Shown: in pieces, positions 59,567-64,000 of the stretch
Numbering within the stretch: the stretch's first letter is position 1
Layout: each line of letters starts with the position of its first letter
Origin: Octopus sinensis
Taxonomy: Eukaryota
DNA: 64,000 bases
Direction of reading: 5' to 3'
Assembly (NCBI RefSeq): GCF_006345805.1
Contig: NC_043016.1
Location: 28,148,001-28,212,000, forward strand
Notes under the pieces: model-generated
What the model was told of the DNA's origin: nothing
Seen by the model: only the letters and a program-made list of their open reading frames with translations
The model's database searches: none
Program-made: the position numbers and the translations under genes

Positions 59567-60028
59567 CAGGGTGTTCCAGGATTAACTATCTGTTTCTATG
59601 AAATTGAGCAAATTTTTTAAAAAACTGACAAATTTATGCTTCTCAGCAAAACAAATAGATTTATAAATCTTACATCAAACTTTTATTGAAAATTTTCAAC
59701 ATGTTTGTATCCCTGCATACTTGAAATCTCTCCTTAGCATTGTGAAACATATTTTGAAGCTTTTCAGGAGTTAGCTCCTGCGCTGCTAACTGAATGTGTT
59801 CTTTAAGCTCAGCTAAACAATTGCTCCATTTTGGGGTTGGAGGTAAAGAAAATGATTGCTGGCAAATTGATAAAAAGTTGTTATGGATGAGGAATGAAAA
59901 TAAAATTATGAAATTCAAAAGTTATACACTTTTAACATGCATTAAATATGATAGGCATAAATAAAAGTGACTTTTAAAAAAAATGCATCCGATTTCACTC
60001 AAATCATCATTAATTCTAGGATACCCTG
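59567..60028 (-). mobile_element. Tc1/mariner deletion derivative
   Basis: TA|cagggtg ... accctg|TA; ELKEHIQLAAQELTPEKLQNMFHNAKERFQVC transposase C-terminus. Confidence 0.75.
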
Positions 60029-62212
60029 TATTTACCCATGACTAAATGGGGGAGAGAACACAGGGATTTAATTGCAGGTGGCGGGCGTAGCTTCTGGAAG
60101 TGGTCATGTGGTCAAACTTAAATGGCTGTGAGTCACAGCAGCAGTTTATTTTTTTTGTATGAACATTTTGCATTATATAGTTCAGACATGGTTGGCATAG
60201 AAAGCAGCCATGCTGCGTTGTGCAAGATTGGAAATGTGAAGCATCAACAGGGCACATCTGGAAAAAGGATGAATGGATTTGTTGTGCCTTTACCCAGCCA
60301 TGCTCACACACATACACACACGCCCAGTGGTGCACAGGATGGTAACATGAAGCAAAAACGTTAACAAAAATTTTTATGTTCTCATTCCCTCTGCCAAATT
60401 GAGCAAAAAGGTTTTAATGAAATATTATACACTACTTATAATGCATAATCTGTAGTTTTCTCATGAACGATGATACTGACTTCTTGTAGAGACTGATAGT
60501 TGAAAATGAACACTTTGACTGATTACATAATCAAAATCTAGTGTATGTTGAATAATATTCTGTTTATTTTAGTGGAACCATGGTAGCCCCTTCCTTCACC
60601 CTAGGGTTTTCTAATTTTCTTAATTTCCTGTAGTGTATATCATCTTTAGAATGAGTTTGATTCCTTATTCCTTGATATAATCACCCCCCCCCCTCTCTGC
60701 TCGTTGCCTTGTTTTCACTATTTGTAGTTCCTAGAAGAGAAGGAACTTCAGCAAGTGATGACTTGAAACTCAGTTGCAGCCTTAAATCATTTGTTGTTGT
60801 CATTGACATGTTTGATTTCTGTTCTTTGTACAAGGTACATGTATGTGTGAGAGTGTCTGCAGGTATGGTGTGTGTCCAAGTGGGGTAGAGTAAAAATACT
60901 GCTACAAAGTCACATTTTATAGGTTGTATGTATGTATGTATATGTACAAATCTAAGTTTGATTGTTTCTCTTTCCCTTTTTAAATTAGAATAGATTTTGA
61001 CCGGCCATTTGCTTGGTAGCAAGGTTGTGAGGGAAAGCATCTTGTTTTTTACATTATCCTTTAAATCATAGGAAGGTCTTGCAGATTTTTATAGTCTCAT
61101 ATATTGTAATCATTTGTAGTTTAGAAACTTGTTCTCTACCCATGTTCAGCAATACTTTGCTCCAGAAATAAGTATGGAGCTGAAAGTAGAAAATGCACGT
61201 TGAATCAGAATTATGATGATGATAATGACACAAGTCTAATTAATAAAACATCATCATGTAATGCCTGCTTTCCATGCTGGCATGGGTTGGACAGTTTAAC
61301 AGAAACCAACAAGCCAAAGGACAAACCAAGTCCTACTTTCTGCTTTGGTGTGGTTTCCACAACTGGATAACCTTCCTAATGGCTACCACTTTGCAGAGTG
61401 TACTGGATGCTTTTCATGTGGTACCAACTGCAGTGAGGTCACCAAGAAACTTGCAAAACTAAACCCTGTTGTCTGAAGAGCTAGTGGTATTGAGGGAGGT
61501 GGCTAACCCAGGAGAGGAGTGAGAGAGAAGATGGTGAAAATGGGTTGGGGTATACCATCAAGTTACAAGGGAGTGTATATAAGTAAAGTGGTACAGAGGA
61601 TTGGATAGGGTGAATGGGCAGATAAGCTCACATGCACTGGAAATAAAAGGGAGGAAAATGCAGTGAGTGAATACAGGGAGAAGGAGGAGGTGTGAGGAAC
61701 ATGTTGAAGGATAGATTGTGTGAAAATTGCAAGAGTGGGAGATAAAGGAGAGGTGAATGAAGTGAGTGACACACAGATGGAGGAGAGATTTTTCAAGGAC
61801 AGAGGCATAAACAACATGCCTTTAGGATGTCCAGATTACTTAGGTGGACAGGTCTTCTCAAGTTTTGCTAATTGCTTAACATCTGAAGGTCATTTTGCAC
61901 CACTTTACTCTACGTCCTCTTTTCCACAGATTCACCTCACACCTTCCAGACAGAATCTGTCTCTCCCTCTTTCTCTCTCTCTCACTTAGATAGAGAGAAA
62001 GAGAGAGAGATGAATATCATGTGGTGAGGATCATTGATATCCTTCATTTTTGCCTCTGCAGAATTAAATATTAGAAATGTTATAACACTGTGGATGTAAC
62101 ACGATGATGATGACTATTCTCTGTTGAATCTACACCATTTTTAATGTTATACTATTCCATTTGTTTTATTAAATATATAACTAATAATGATTTATTTTTC
62201 TTTCCTTGACAG

Positions 62213-62404
62213 TATTATTACTTTATTGGGTATTTCATCGTGTGGTTAATGGTTAATTTAGTCCAAATTGTGAAAAATCAACCAAGACTTGGTCACTATG
62301 AATTTCAAAACTTATCGACACAGTTGATAAGAATTGAATTCTTTGTTACGTTTCTGTCAGGGCTGGCATATATGGCTTTTCCACATTTTTTGACTACCTT
62401 GTTT
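62213..62404 (+). CDS. Coding exon 4 of the membrane protein (gene continues right of the window)
   Basis: tttctttccttgacag| YYYFIGYFIVWLMVNLVQIVKNQPRLGHYEFQNLSTQLIRIEFFVTFLSGLAYMAFPHFLTTLF |gtaagt; 192 nt, phase 0-0. Confidence 0.85.
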
Positions 62405-64000
62405 GTAAGTTTTCTCTTTTAATCTTTCTAATTTTCACCAGCTGACATTGGCAACATGTCTAATGTTGGATCTGTTAACTGTATGAATAATAAAACTGCT
62501 GCTGTTAATAAATATTTATCTTGCTCCCAATTTGTCAGCATAATTAGGTATGGTCCGTTTCTCTGACCTGAGCTGGGTTACACAATCTGTAAGAGATGAA
62601 AGTAGGGAATCACTGATTGCTGATTTTAAACTTTTCTAAAACAGACAGTACCATCTGTCATTGTGTTAATTTTTTTATCCTCCTCTTGTACAAAATAATG
62701 ACAGTTTAGACTTACCGTAAAACATTATTAGCAAAATATGGTTCAAATACCTCCTTATTGAAAAGAAAGGTATACAAAAGGGAACAGTGACAACCTAAAC
62801 ATATGGATAGGAGCACTAGAGGGAAAGCATATTGATGGCACAGTTGATTGATATGTGGTTTACTGGATTGTTGCCAGTTAAGCGTGTTAGTCATGGATAT
62901 GCTACAGTTAACTATACCTTACTGTGCTACCTACATACAAAGGTAGCAGGGTTTGGGAGAACAGAAGGTAAGGTCTTGTTGCCCTTTCATGATTTAAATC
63001 TGGTAACTACTGAGAATTTGAACAGACAAAAGGGAGCTTCTCTTTGGTTTCTAATCAGCTAGAAATAACAGCAAGGAGTGGGAATGTGTGTATGAGATAA
63101 AGACTAGATGGTGGTGGCAAGAATGTCTTTGAATAAAGCTGACTTTGAGCCAAACAAAATAATGCTTTTTAGCCCTAGATTATTGCTAAGGAGTTGAACT
63201 ATCCTGAGGGATGTTCCAGTTTTGACCATCCCATCTTGATGTCAGTCCTATCGCCTTTGCCCTTCCATATTTTAAGATAGTAAAGTGGAGTTGAAGGGTG
63301 ATTTGGCTGTTATTTCTCGCAGTTATTTAATTTGAGCTATTGTATAGAACAGGCATGCTCAACCTCTTTTTGTTAGGCATGCCAATCACAATGCCCTTGG
63401 GTTCCAGTTTTCCCTTGCCTGTTAGTAGAGATCCTTCTGTCTCCCCTCATTTTATATGGCTTCTTTCATTTGTCTTTTATTACTTCCCATGTCACCATGT
63501 CATTGATGGAGTGGAAGAATTCCCTCACCAGCAATAAATCTGTGTCATTTTTATGGCTTCATCTCAGTTTTTTTTGTTTGGTACCAATTTCTTTGAGCAC
63601 TGGATGGATAGAAGAAGCACATTGCTGGTCAAATTGTTATCAAGTCTGAGAAAATGCTTAGTGCCCATTTCTTCTTGCTTTACTGGGGTTGACTTTGCCA
63701 TTCATCCTTTTGGAGTTAAGATATGTACTAGTTAAGCACCATCCCCTAGACTTTAGCAGCTTGTGCCAAAATTAGGAAGAATTAATATTATTATACAATA
63801 AGAAAAACCTATTTGAGGTTGTTCATAATTTTTGGTCACAAAAACCTAATTAAACTGCTTTTTTTTTTAACCCGTTAATAATTAAAGTCTCTTAATTATC
63901 AACAAGCAATTTAACATTTTAGTGATGATTACTTTATATTGATTGTATGTGTTTTGTGTATTTAAGTATGTATGTTATATTTAATGAACTAACTGCTATA

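Overview
AT-rich, repeat-dense eukaryotic genomic DNA, almost certainly octopus/cephalopod (inferred from the tRNA-headed CORE-type and Nin-type SINE families). No prokaryotic features and no CRISPR array. Two host genes are transcribed divergently across about 35 kb of nested transposons. On the minus strand is coding exon 1 of a ZDHHC2/15/20-type palmitoyltransferase (5517-5631); the rest lies left of the window. On the plus strand are four phase-0 coding exons (40833-40973, 57929-58078, 58708-58776, 62213-62404) of a multi-pass membrane protein with an internal repeat that I cannot name with confidence. The remainder is TE: two very young full-length Gypsy LTR retrotransposons (15643-20174, Mag-like; 45603-50671, CsRn1-like), an older Gypsy, solo LTRs, a rearranged CRE-type non-LTR element, Tx1 and RTE-type LINE fragments, pogo/Tc1/mariner remnants, several MITE families, a Helitron, SINEs and a 3 kb compound pyrimidine microsatellite. 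Most interesting: small repeats carrying Penelope-type minimal hammerhead-ribozyme-like motifs, a twin-priming-like inversion of the CRE element with a locally templated 31-bp junction insert, the unnamed repeat-built membrane protein, and a covarying hairpin in an LTR family. All alignments were done by eye; boundaries without a TSD or TIR are approximate.
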